NCBI GenBank assembly: GCA_963701095.1
Contig: OY969564.1
Span: 1,280,001 to 1,344,000, forward strand
Length of the DNA stretch: 64,000 nt
Origin: an uncultured Methanoregulaceae archaeon
GTDB lineage: Archaea; Halobacteriota; Methanomicrobia; Methanomicrobiales; Methanospirillaceae
Direction: 5' to 3'
The notes under the pieces were generated by a model that did no database searches, had not been told where the DNA came from, and was given only the letters and a program-made list of their open reading frames with translations. Made by a program: the position numbers and the translations under genes. Each line of letters begins with the position of its first letter. Positions within the stretch are counted from its first letter, which is position 1. Positions 54,402 through 63,444 of the stretch are shown one piece after another.

Positions 54402-54452
54402 TTATCGCCGAAATTTTCGTTAACAAATCTATCGGCAATAACACTATTTATA
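54402..54452 (-). promoter_or_regulatory. TATA box (TATAAATA, 54445-54452) plus 40-bp dyad at predicted start site of the aks operon
   Basis: ttatcgccga-N7-gttaac-N7-tcggcaataa, symmetric about 54421.5. Confidence 0.5.
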
Positions 54453-54482
54453 GGATTCTATTTTGCCGAAAAAAGAGAGGAA

Positions 54483-55367
54483 TTAAAGAACGTTGGAAAG
54501 TTCGATCTTGAACGGTCCAAGAGTGCCGCCAAAATTACCAGCCGAGATAAATTTTATGCCGGGAACTTGCACTGCAGCCTTGATACCTGCTCCCATCGCA
54601 GCAGCCACACTTTTCTCATCGATACCATCGATAACAATTTCATAGACTGCTTTGACACCGGCGGGAACCTTGCTGTCCGAAACTTTCTCACGGAGTGTGG
54701 GACAGTATTTCTCATTAGTCGATGCAGTCATGAATTTGTACTTCAGACTACCGACCTTTGACCCGCTTGCCACGATGCCCCCGGGGAAACTTGTAATGAC
54801 ACCTTTTACATCCGCGATGGCATCCGATGCCGCTTGGGCTGCCATGAGCGCTGCCATCTGGTTCTCTCCCATGATAAAGAAGTTACCACCGGCAACACCT
54901 TTTACAATGCCAAATTCTTCTTCGCCGATATATTCGCCGTTCATGATCGGGATCACCCAGCATTTCCTGCCACCAACTTCTTTCTGATACTCGTACCCGT
55001 CACCAAAGAAATGGAGTTTTACCGGGATCTTTTCCTCAGCAGTGGTGATACCGTTGAATACTGCTGTAGTAGGTGCAGTTAGTACGCATTCGGCAAGACG
55101 TTCGACGACCTGCTCTTTGAGTTTCTTCTTGCTTGCACAGATGAGAATCGAAACGCCCGGCCTTCCATCGGGCGTCTCGCTGCCGGAAAGGACGCTCTCA
55201 ATACCTGCTTCGCAAGGGCAGCCAATCGCAGATGTCGCAAAACCGGTGGCTTCCGTTGCCGCCTTAAGTGCCCAGTCTTTTGTTACTGCGGTGATAATAA
55301 CCCGGCAGACCCAGGTAGGGAATGCCTCCGCGTAGGTGTTGTCAATTGTTACGCCATTAATTTCCAT
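54483..55367 (-). CDS. ftr: Formylmethanofuran:H4MPT formyltransferase
   Basis: MEINGVTIDNTYAEAF, TGFATSAIGCPCEAG, TPDGRPG, FPGGIVASGSKVGS, ISAGNFGG. Confidence 0.97.
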   Translation of the reverse strand: MEINGVTIDNTYAEAFPTWVCRVIITAVTKDWALKAATEATGFATSAIGCPCEAGIESVLSGSETPDGRPGVSILICASKKKLKEQVVERLAECVLTAPTTAVFNGITTAEEKIPVKLHFFGDGYEYQKEVGGRKCWVIPIMNGEYIGEEEFGIVKGVAGGNFFIMGENQMAALMAAQAASDAIADVKGVITSFPGGIVASGSKVGSLKYKFMTASTNEKYCPTLREKVSDSKVPAGVKAVYEIVIDGIDEKSVAAAMGAGIKAAVQVPGIKFISAGNFGGTLGPFKIELSNVL

Positions 55368-55639
55368 ACTATCATTACCTCAGGTATTTACCAAAAGTAC
55401 CTTGATTCTTAGTGGATAAATTTTCTCATTTGTTCGTGATGTATCTAAGAGCGCACCGGAATTGCACTAAAAAGTATACCACTCGTACTTAACTTGAACT
55501 GTGTGCTTATAAATAAAAATTAAAAAAAATTAATAAAACTACCGGGTTGGAGCGATATATTTCAGAACATTTATCTAGCTACTTTTACCACTCTTTTGAT
55601 AATCGATTTTGAAATCGATCATAGCTGGTGCGTGAACCA

Positions 55640-55909
55640 ATGGCATTTGAAGTGCAGATCAATTCCGGTAAACGCACCGGCTGTAACAATGGTGTTGTTG
55701 CATGTCCTGTGGACGCGCTGGAACTTTACACGGTGGTTCCGGAGCCAATTGTAAATATCTGCACAAACCGGGATGAAGTAGCGATAATCCCGGGCCTCAA
55801 AAATGTGCTCCTAACCGCCGGGTGCGGTGAATGCGTCCAGACGTGTCCGCATGATATTATCAGGCTGACAGGGCCCTGGGAAACCAGAGCAAAGGCAAAG
55901 GTGCAATAG
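55640..55909 (+). CDS. FmdG/FwdG-like ferredoxin, degenerate (several Cys ligands lost)
   Basis: xTGCNNxVVACPVDALEL and xAGCGECVQTCP; located just before fmdF. Confidence 0.65.
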   Translation: MAFEVQINSGKRTGCNNGVVACPVDALELYTVVPEPIVNICTNRDEVAIIPGLKNVLLTAGCGECVQTCPHDIIRLTGPWETRAKAKVQ

Positions 55910-55932
55910 AGGAACAGCGTGAGGGTTATTTC

Positions 55933-57106
55933 ATGGCATTGTTTCCAAAGTTTTCCAAAAAGAGGGATGGTGTCAACGTTGTGATGGAGCAGCGTCTCCT
56001 CCAGAACGTGAACAACCTGATTTTGAATTCAGAGACCTGCACGGGATGCGGTATCTGCGTCGAGTCGTGTCCTGAGGATGCTATTGTCCTCGGACTTGTC
56101 GGTGCAGCCCGCCGGGGTGCCATTAATTATGCGACGCCGGTCGATATAGACGAGACTAAGTGCTCGGTACTGCGGTGTTTGTGTCATAATGTGCCCATTC
56201 AATGCATTGACTCTGAAAGTTGACAATCAGGAGCGGCTTCCCATAGTTGAAAAAGAGGGATTCCCGCAGTATGACATGAAGGCAGAGATTGATGAAGAAA
56301 AATGCGTAAGGTGCACGATTTGTGAAGAGGTCTGCCCGCGTGACGCAATCGATCGTAATGTTCCTGCATACGAAGGGACCTATAAGGGACCGGTTGCCGG
56401 AGCAAAGGATCGCCAGACGGCACTTACAGCAAAGACCACCTTTACGGTAGATAAGGAGAAATGCACTCTGTGCGGTATCTGTGGTGCACTCTGTCCTGCC
56501 ATAAGGGTCAAGCATAAGGAATTTACTGCTGCGAGTGGAAAAGTCGAGGGCGATGTGATCTGGGATGAGACCAAGTGTGACGCATGCAAAGTGTGTGTAG
56601 AAGCCTGCCCTGAAGAATGCATCACCGTTGAACGCGAGGTCATCTCGGATAAGGTAAGTGGCAAAGTCACCATTATACAAGATAACTGCTGCACATGCAC
56701 GTGGTGCTCGCGCAATTGCCCAACTGAGGCAATTACGGTCGAGAAAATCTTTGAAGGCGATATAGAGTTCCATGCGGAAAAATGTCCCGGTGGTTGCTCG
56801 ACCTGCGCAGAAATATGTCCAGCAAATGCGATCTATCTTCCAAGTGAGAAACCAGCAGCAGAGATGGGGCACAATATTGAACCCACCATCGCAGTTAACA
56901 AGGATTATTGCATTCTGTGCGGTGCCTGTGTTGATGCTTGCCCCGGTGAAGACATTATCGTGCTTCAACGTACTGGTATCCGGATGAAAGGCACGGAAAC
57001 TGATCTCTTCAAGAAGATCAAGGAGAAGCTCTTTACGAAGAGAACCTCGAAGGTGAAGGAAGGTATTGCCGGTCAGGTCGGACTAAAAATGATGGAGAAG
57101 GCGTGA
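55933..57106 (+). CDS. fmdF: Polyferredoxin subunit F of formylmethanofuran dehydrogenase; frameshift at ~56166
   Basis: About 8 CxxCxxCxxxCP motifs across ORFs 55933..56223 and 56189..57106; adjacent to hdrCBA-mvhD. Confidence 0.88.
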
Positions 57107-57118
57107 GGGAGGACGAGT

Positions 57119-57700
57119 ATGGCAAAAACAAAAGGTTACCCGGAAGCGCTGGAGAAAAAACTCCACGATCAGCGGTATTACCGTGAAGACTCGAATCCTG
57201 ACTTTATTAAGAAAGTCGAAGGGAGTTCACGAACCATCGCCCATATGTGCTATCAGTGCGGCACCTGCACCGGCTCGTGTCCTTCTGCACCTAGAAGTAC
57301 CTACCGTATCCGCAAATTCATGCGGAGAGCTGTTCTTGGGCTTGAGAATGAAGCGCTCACCGATCCAGATCTCTGGCTCTGCACCACGTGTTACAGCTGC
57401 ACCGACCGTTGCCCCCGTGACATTGCACCCACTGATGTTATAATGTCCATGAGGAACATGGCATTCACCCGCGATATTATACCGGTGAACTTCCTCAAGA
57501 CCGTGCAGGCAATCTATAGTTCCGGCCACGGTGTGCCCAATAATGACGTTAACCGTGCAGCCCGGGAAAAACTCGGACTCACTCGCGACCCGCCGACCAC
57601 TCATATGTACCCTGAATACATGCCGGCCATCAGGAAGATCATCGACCACTACAACCTCAAGGCAAATGCCGACCGGATTGTCAAGGAACGGGAGGGATAA
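57119..57700 (+). CDS. hdrC: Heterodisulfide reductase subunit C
   Basis: CYQCGTCTGSCP and WLCTTCYSCTDRCPR. Confidence 0.95.
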   Translation: MAKTKGYPEALEKKLHDQRYYREDSNPDFIKKVEGSSRTIAHMCYQCGTCTGSCPSAPRSTYRIRKFMRRAVLGLENEALTDPDLWLCTTCYSCTDRCPRDIAPTDVIMSMRNMAFTRDIIPVNFLKTVQAIYSSGHGVPNNDVNRAAREKLGLTRDPPTTHMYPEYMPAIRKIIDHYNLKANADRIVKEREG

Positions 57701-57706
57701 GAGAGC

Positions 57707-58630
57707 ATGTCAGAATCCAAAGCTAACCATACGTTCGCGTTATACCTTGGCTGTATTGCACCGAACCGGTACCCGGGTGTAGAATCCGCGTCCATCAAAG
57801 GATTCAAGAAACTGGGTATCGATCTGGTCCCCCTCAAGGGAGCAAGCTGCTGCCCGGCCCCCGGTGCGTTCGGTTCCATCGATCTGAATGTTTTTTACGC
57901 TATGGCGGCACGCAACCTTGTACTCGCCGAACAAATGAAGACTGATATTGCCCTGGTCTGCAACGGCTGCTACAAGTCAATCTGGGAAGTTAACCACAAA
58001 CTCAAACACAACAAGGATCTCCGCGATAATGTCAACGAAGTACTCAAAGAAGTTGACATGGAGTTCAAGGGAACTATCAACGTCTATCACGTTGCCGAGC
58101 TTCTCTATAACGACAAATTTGCAGGAGTCGCTAAAATCAAGGACACTGTGGTAAATCCATTGACCGGTGCACGTATTGCCGTCCACTACGGCTGCCACCT
58201 TACCAAACCCCACAAGGACCGGGAGTTTGAAAAGGAGGTCATGTTAAACACCGAGTGTCCGACTTGGATGGAAGAGCTCGTCGCAGCCATTGGTGCAACA
58301 CCGGTTGAGTACCGCAACAAGATGCAGTGCTGCGGCGCCGGTGGTGGCGTCCGCGGTTACGATATCGTCCACTCGCTGGATATTACCAACGAGAAGCTGA
58401 TCAACCTTAAAGAAGCAAAGGTGGATGCATTAACCGATATCTGCCCATTCTGCCAGCTCCAGTTCGACCGCGGCCAGATCGAGATCAAGGAGAAATTCGG
58501 TGTAGAGTACAATTTACCAGTACTGCATTTTGCAGAGCTCCTCGGTCTTGCACAGGGAATGAGCCCACAGGAACTCGGGCTTGACCTGCACGGAATCAGC
58601 TGCGAACCATTCCTGCAGAAGGTGCTGTGA
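57707..58630 (+). CDS. hdrB: Heterodisulfide reductase subunit B
   Basis: CCG domains: LGCIAPNRYPG, SCCPAPG, CNGC, HYGCH, CCGAGGG, CPFCQLQFD. Confidence 0.97.
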   Translation: MSESKANHTFALYLGCIAPNRYPGVESASIKGFKKLGIDLVPLKGASCCPAPGAFGSIDLNVFYAMAARNLVLAEQMKTDIALVCNGCYKSIWEVNHKLKHNKDLRDNVNEVLKEVDMEFKGTINVYHVAELLYNDKFAGVAKIKDTVVNPLTGARIAVHYGCHLTKPHKDREFEKEVMLNTECPTWMEELVAAIGATPVEYRNKMQCCGAGGGVRGYDIVHSLDITNEKLINLKEAKVDALTDICPFCQLQFDRGQIEIKEKFGVEYNLPVLHFAELLGLAQGMSPQELGLDLHGISCEPFLQKVL

Positions 58631-58640
58631 GGTGGTAAAG

Positions 58641-60806
58641 ATGGTCGAAAAGAAGAAAACAACTACCAAAAAGACCGAGACCAAGAAACAGGATACCAAA
58701 AAGCAGGAAACTAAAAAGGAGGCTCCCGTGAAACAGGTAGTTAAGAACCAGGATCCCGCACCGGTCGCAAAATCTGTCTCAGCACCAGGTTCAACAACGA
58801 AACAGGAAGCACGTATCGGTGTCTTCATCTGTCACTGTGGAACCAATATCGCCGGGTCAATGGATATCCCGGCCGTGGAGGAATATGCAAAGACCCTCCC
58901 GAACGTAGCCTATGTTGACAATTACAAGTACATGTGCTCGATGCCAGGGCAGGCTGTGATCAGTAAGGCAGTCAAGGAGAACCACCTTACCGGTGTCGTA
59001 GTTTCTGCATGCTCGCCCCGTCTTCACGAGCCGACCTTCAGGACTGCGACAAAGGAAGCCGGCCTGAACCCGTTCCGGTTCGAAATGGCAAACATCCGTG
59101 AGCAGAACTCGTGGGTGCACATGCACGACCGTGAAGGTTCAACCGAAAAGGCCAAGGATGCGATCAGGATAGCAGTAGCAAAGGCAGCACTTCTTCAGGA
59201 TCTCTTCCCGAAGACCGTGCCCGTTGAGAAAGCGGCGATGGTCGTCGGCGCAGGTGTCGCAGGTATGCAAGCAGCCCTTGACCTTGCAGCAGCAGGTATC
59301 AAGACCTACCTCATTGAATCCGATATGAGCATCGGTGGGCGCATGTCCCAGCTCGACAAAACTTTCCCGACACTAGACTGTTCGCAATGTATCCTTACTC
59401 CGAAGATGGTGGATGTCGGCAGAAGCGATATGATCGAACTCATGACCTGGTCCGAAGTCCATGAAGTCGAAGGGTATATCGGTAACTTCGATGTTACCAT
59501 CCGCAAGAAAGCACGTGGTGTGTTGACACCCAAGGAAGCGGAAGCTCGTGGTATTATCGGCGGCGGCTGTAACGGTTGTGGTGACTGTGAGACAGTCTGC
59601 CCGGTTATCAAGCCCAACGAGTTCGAAGTCGGCATGAAGCCGAGGAAGGCTATCTACATCAATCACCCACAGGTAGTCCCCCTTCTGTATACGATTGACT
59701 TTAATTCCTGCATCAAATGCGGACTGTGTGTGACCGCTTGTGGTCCCGAGAAGAAGGCAATCGACCTCGAATCAAAGGACGAATTTATCAAGGTCAAGGT
59801 AGGAACAGCAATCCTTGCCACGGGTTACGATATCTTCCCCATCGAGAAAAAAGAGGAATGGGGATACAAGCGGTTCGAGAACGTCATCACGAGCCTCGAA
59901 TTCGAACGGCTCATCTGTGCATCCGGCCCAACCGGCGGTCAGCTCATCCGCCCGAGCGATGGTAAGACCCCCAAACGCGTGGCCTTCGTACTCTGTGCAG
60001 GATCGCGTGACAACACCGGTATCGGAAAACCCTATTGTTCCCGGTTCTGTTGCATGTACTCATTAAAGCACGCGCACCAGATCGCCGAGAAGATCCCCGG
60101 ATGCATTCCCTATATCTTCTATATGGATATCCGTTCGTTCGGCAAAGCCTACGAGGAATTCTACTACCGCATACAAGACGAAGGGACAAAGTTCATCCGC
60201 GGACGCGTGGCAAACATCCTCGAAGACTCCAAGACCAAGAACCTCCACGTCTATGCCGATGATACCCTTCTTGACCGCCCGGTCGATATGGAAGTAGATC
60301 TTGTCGTACTCGCCGCCGCAATCGAGCCAAAAACAGATACAAACAGGACCAGGAAACTCTTCGGTGTCTCCTGCTCAATGGATGGATGGCTCCTTGAGGC
60401 ACACCCGAAGCTCAACCCGTGCGGAACCACCACAGCCGGTGTCTTCCTTGCTGGTGTTTGCCAGGGTCCCAAAGATATCCCTGACACGGTAGCATCTGCG
60501 GAAGGTGCAGCATCCGCGGCAAGTATCCCGATTCACAAGGGAGAAGTGGAACTCGAACCGTACTTTGCAACCTGTATTGAGGAGAAATGTGCCGGCTGCG
60601 GTATGTGCGTGAACCTCTGCCCCTATAGCGCTCTTGCGCTCGTGGAAAAAGACGGAAGAACTGTCATGCAGGTTACCGAGGCCAAATGTAAAGGCTGCGG
60701 GACCTGCGGAGGATTCTGTCCTGGTGGCGCAATCTGGATGAACCATTTTGCAACACCGCAGATCGTTGCGCAGATCGATGCGTTCCTGCTCGGAGGTGAG
60801 CAGTAA
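58641..60806 (+). CDS. hdrA: Heterodisulfide reductase subunit A with Lys/Thr-rich N-terminal extension
   Basis: RIGVFICHCGTNIAG, CSPRLHE, GAGVAG, LDKTFPTLDCSQC, CSRFCCMYS, QGPKDIPD. Confidence 0.97.
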   Translation: MVEKKKTTTKKTETKKQDTKKQETKKEAPVKQVVKNQDPAPVAKSVSAPGSTTKQEARIGVFICHCGTNIAGSMDIPAVEEYAKTLPNVAYVDNYKYMCSMPGQAVISKAVKENHLTGVVVSACSPRLHEPTFRTATKEAGLNPFRFEMANIREQNSWVHMHDREGSTEKAKDAIRIAVAKAALLQDLFPKTVPVEKAAMVVGAGVAGMQAALDLAAAGIKTYLIESDMSIGGRMSQLDKTFPTLDCSQCILTPKMVDVGRSDMIELMTWSEVHEVEGYIGNFDVTIRKKARGVLTPKEAEARGIIGGGCNGCGDCETVCPVIKPNEFEVGMKPRKAIYINHPQVVPLLYTIDFNSCIKCGLCVTACGPEKKAIDLESKDEFIKVKVGTAILATGYDIFPIEKKEEWGYKRFENVITSLEFERLICASGPTGGQLIRPSDGKTPKRVAFVLCAGSRDNTGIGKPYCSRFCCMYSLKHAHQIAEKIPGCIPYIFYMDIRSFGKAYEEFYYRIQDEGTKFIRGRVANILEDSKTKNLHVYADDTLLDRPVDMEVDLVVLAAAIEPKTDTNRTRKLFGVSCSMDGWLLEAHPKLNPCGTTTAGVFLAGVCQGPKDIPDTVASAEGAASAASIPIHKGEVELEPYFATCIEEKCAGCGMCVNLCPYSALALVEKDGRTVMQVTEAKCKGCGTCGGFCPGGAIWMNHFATPQIVAQIDAFLLGGEQ

Positions 60807-61261
60807 ATGTCAGCACCTGGCGACTTTAAAATCCCAGAAAGAGGCCCCGGATACTGGCAACCCAAGATCCTCGGTATGGTCTGCAACTGGTGTTCCTACG
60901 CAGGAGCGGATCTCGCTGGTGGCGGACGTATCCAGTACCCCCGGATATAAGAATTATCCGTGTCATGTGCACCGGTCGTTTCGACTCCCTCTTTGTTCTC
61001 AAGGCATTTGCCGATGGGGCGGACGGCGTACTCATCTCCGGATGTCACTTTGGAGATTGCCATTATCTTGAAGGCAACTTCAAGTCGGCAAAGAGAATGT
61101 TCATGGTAAAAAGGCTTATGAAGAGCATCGGCCTTGACGACCGACGGTTCCGGATGACGTTTGTCTCTGCATCAGAAGGTGCAAAATGGGCAAAAGTCGT
61201 TACCGACGTTGTAAATACCGTCACGGAGCTCGGGCCAAGCCCGCTTACGGAAAACAAATAA
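60807..61261 (+). CDS. mvhD: MvhD [2Fe-2S] subunit; frameshift in C-run at ~60940
   Basis: [36 protein letters not shown]. Confidence 0.93.
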
Positions 61262-61490
61262 ACAGACAAACCTTTGCAAACTCTGTCAAAAACCAATATT
61301 TTTTATAAGAAGCGCATCGAAAAACGAGTGTTTTTTCTATTTTTCATATCAAAAATTGTTACGTTATTAAAAAAACGTCACACTGCGTAAAATAAAGAAA
61401 GCGCAGATATATGTTATATTTGAACATTCCTTCATTTTTATGTAATATTTTTTAAGTAGTATAAAATGATTTTACGAGATAAAATCGGAA

Positions 61491-61502
61491 CCCTTATAAG
61501 GG
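61491..61502 (+). promoter_or_regulatory. Probable mcr promoter TATA element within palindrome CCCTTATAAGGG
   Basis: Palindromic TTATAA core ~150 nt upstream of mcrB, preceded by an AT-rich region. Confidence 0.4.
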
Positions 61503-61643
61503 GAAATTGGGAATTAATCAATGTCCCGATTAAGGGGACGTGCAATAGTGACTTTCATTCATTACCAGTGACTTCTGTTAGTGACTACCAGTGTTCAGAA
61601 ATCGTACGGTATAGCATTTATAACCAGATTTGGAGGAAATTAC

Positions 61644-62957
61644 ATGGCAAAATATAAAGATGCAATCGACCTCTATGACGATGAGGGGAAGCTCTTAAAG
61701 AGCAACGTCACCATCGACAAGATCAGCCCGCTGGTCAACAAAGGCGCAGCTGGTATCATTGACCTCACCAAGAGGACTGTGGCAGTTAACCTCGCCGGTA
61801 TCGAGGAAGCACTCAAGACCGGTAAGATGGGCGGCAAGTCCAACCAGATTCTTGGTCGCAGCATGAACTGCAGCGTTGTCAAGGACTGCGATGCGATCTC
61901 GGCCAAGATCAAGGACATGGTCCAGGTCACCGATGGCGACAACACCAAGATCACCAAGATCGGCGGCGGCAAGATGCTCCTTGTCGAGGTTCCGAGCGCT
62001 CGCCTGGACGCAGCAGCAACTTATGATGCAGCATCCACATCTGTGGCAGCGGCAACCACCTATGCACTGATCGACCAGTACAAGGTCGGCATGTTCGATG
62101 GCTCTTACGTCAAAAGTGCTGTCTGGGGTACCTACCCGCAGACAATGGACATGCAGGGCGGCAACGTCGTTTCCATCCTGTCCATTCCGCAGAACAACGA
62201 AGGTCTCGGCTATGCGCTGCGCAACATCCCGGCAAACCATGCGGTCATGATGACCCACCGGAATGCAATGCAGGGTGCGGCACTCTGTGCCACCTTTGAG
62301 CAGGCCGGAGAGTTCGAAATGGGTGCAGCAATCGGCCCGTTCGAACGCGCCCAGCTCCTTCTTTACGCATACCAGGGCTTAAATGCAAACAACATTGTCT
62401 ACAGCCTCGTTAAGGAGAACGGCAAGACCGGTACCATCGGTACTGTCGTACAGAGCCTCGTCGAGCGTGCCATTGAGGACAAGGTCATCAAGGCAGGCAA
62501 GAAAGGCAAGAGCGGCTATATCTTCTACGAGACCAAGGACCCGATGATGTGGAACGCCTATGCATCAGCAGGCACCCTTGCAGCAACCATGGTTAACTGT
62601 GGTGCTGGACGGTTTGCCCAGGCAGTATCTGCAACCCTGCTTTACTTCAACGATCTGCTCGAGCACGAGACCGGCCTGCCCGGCTCTGACTTCGGCCGCG
62701 CGATGGGTGTTGCAGTCGGGTTCTCGTTCTTCAGCCACTCAATCTATGGTGGCGGCGGCCCCGGCGGATTCAACGGTAACCACGTCGTTACCCGTCACGC
62801 AGCCGGTGTCGGTATGCCCTGTATCGTAGCAGCATGCGCACTGGATGCAGGCACCCAGATGTTCGGACCTGAGGCAACCTCAAAGGTCTACCAGGACACC
62901 TTCGGGCAGCTTGACGCATTCAAGAAGCCAATCCAGGCGATCGCAAAGGGTGTATAA
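61644..62957 (+). CDS. mcrB: Methyl-coenzyme M reductase beta subunit
   Basis: IDLYDD.GKLL, KRTVAVNLAGIE, YQGLNANN, SFFSHSIYGGGGPG, NGNHVVTRH; SD ggagg. Confidence 0.98.
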   Translation: MAKYKDAIDLYDDEGKLLKSNVTIDKISPLVNKGAAGIIDLTKRTVAVNLAGIEEALKTGKMGGKSNQILGRSMNCSVVKDCDAISAKIKDMVQVTDGDNTKITKIGGGKMLLVEVPSARLDAAATYDAASTSVAAATTYALIDQYKVGMFDGSYVKSAVWGTYPQTMDMQGGNVVSILSIPQNNEGLGYALRNIPANHAVMMTHRNAMQGAALCATFEQAGEFEMGAAIGPFERAQLLLYAYQGLNANNIVYSLVKENGKTGTIGTVVQSLVERAIEDKVIKAGKKGKSGYIFYETKDPMMWNAYASAGTLAATMVNCGAGRFAQAVSATLLYFNDLLEHETGLPGSDFGRAMGVAVGFSFFSHSIYGGGGPGGFNGNHVVTRHAAGVGMPCIVAACALDAGTQMFGPEATSKVYQDTFGQLDAFKKPIQAIAKGV

Positions 62958-62973
62958 ACCCTCCAGGATACGA

Positions 62974-63444
62974 ATGACTGAAGCCACGTTCCCCCAGTGC
63001 AGGATAGTCACAGAGCGACTGCTTAATCCAGAGACTACCGAACTAATACTGAACAAAATTGTCGAGATCCCAGGTATCCGGCGAATGGTTCTCAACGGAC
63101 CACGTCTGCCGGTTACAATTACTTACGGGCCCGCAAAAGGACTTGCCAACCCCCATATAATGAGGAAGGCGATTCATGTCGGTGACCAGGAAGTGGATCT
63201 GCAGGTTCATGTGGGTACGGTACTCCTCGAGATTGAAAACCGCGACGTTATTCCCGCACTGAAGGCCGCATGCGAACAGGTCTTTACCAATTTTACTTTC
63301 CGTATTCAAGAAGGGAAATTCATGAAGACCGAACCGTCACTTGTTGATTACTGCAAGTACGGACCGGATGCGGACAAATCTATCCTTGGCCTTGCCGATC
63401 CAAGCAGCAAGTCCAGGCCCACTATCATTCAGGGAATTAAATAA
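62974..63444 (+). CDS. mcrD: Mcr operon protein D
   Basis: RLLNPETTE, GPRLP...YGPAKG, PSLVDYCKYG; position after mcrB. Confidence 0.95.
   Translation: MTEATFPQCRIVTERLLNPETTELILNKIVEIPGIRRMVLNGPRLPVTITYGPAKGLANPHIMRKAIHVGDQEVDLQVHVGTVLLEIENRDVIPALKAACEQVFTNFTFRIQEGKFMKTEPSLVDYCKYGPDADKSILGLADPSSKSRPTIIQGIK

Noticed and set aside
871..60945. Programmed frameshifting or mass pseudogenisation
   Set aside because: Single-base breaks hit unrelated and core genes, both halves keep intact motifs, and the sites follow AGCT/GTAC/homopolymer context. Sequencing error is the simpler explanation.
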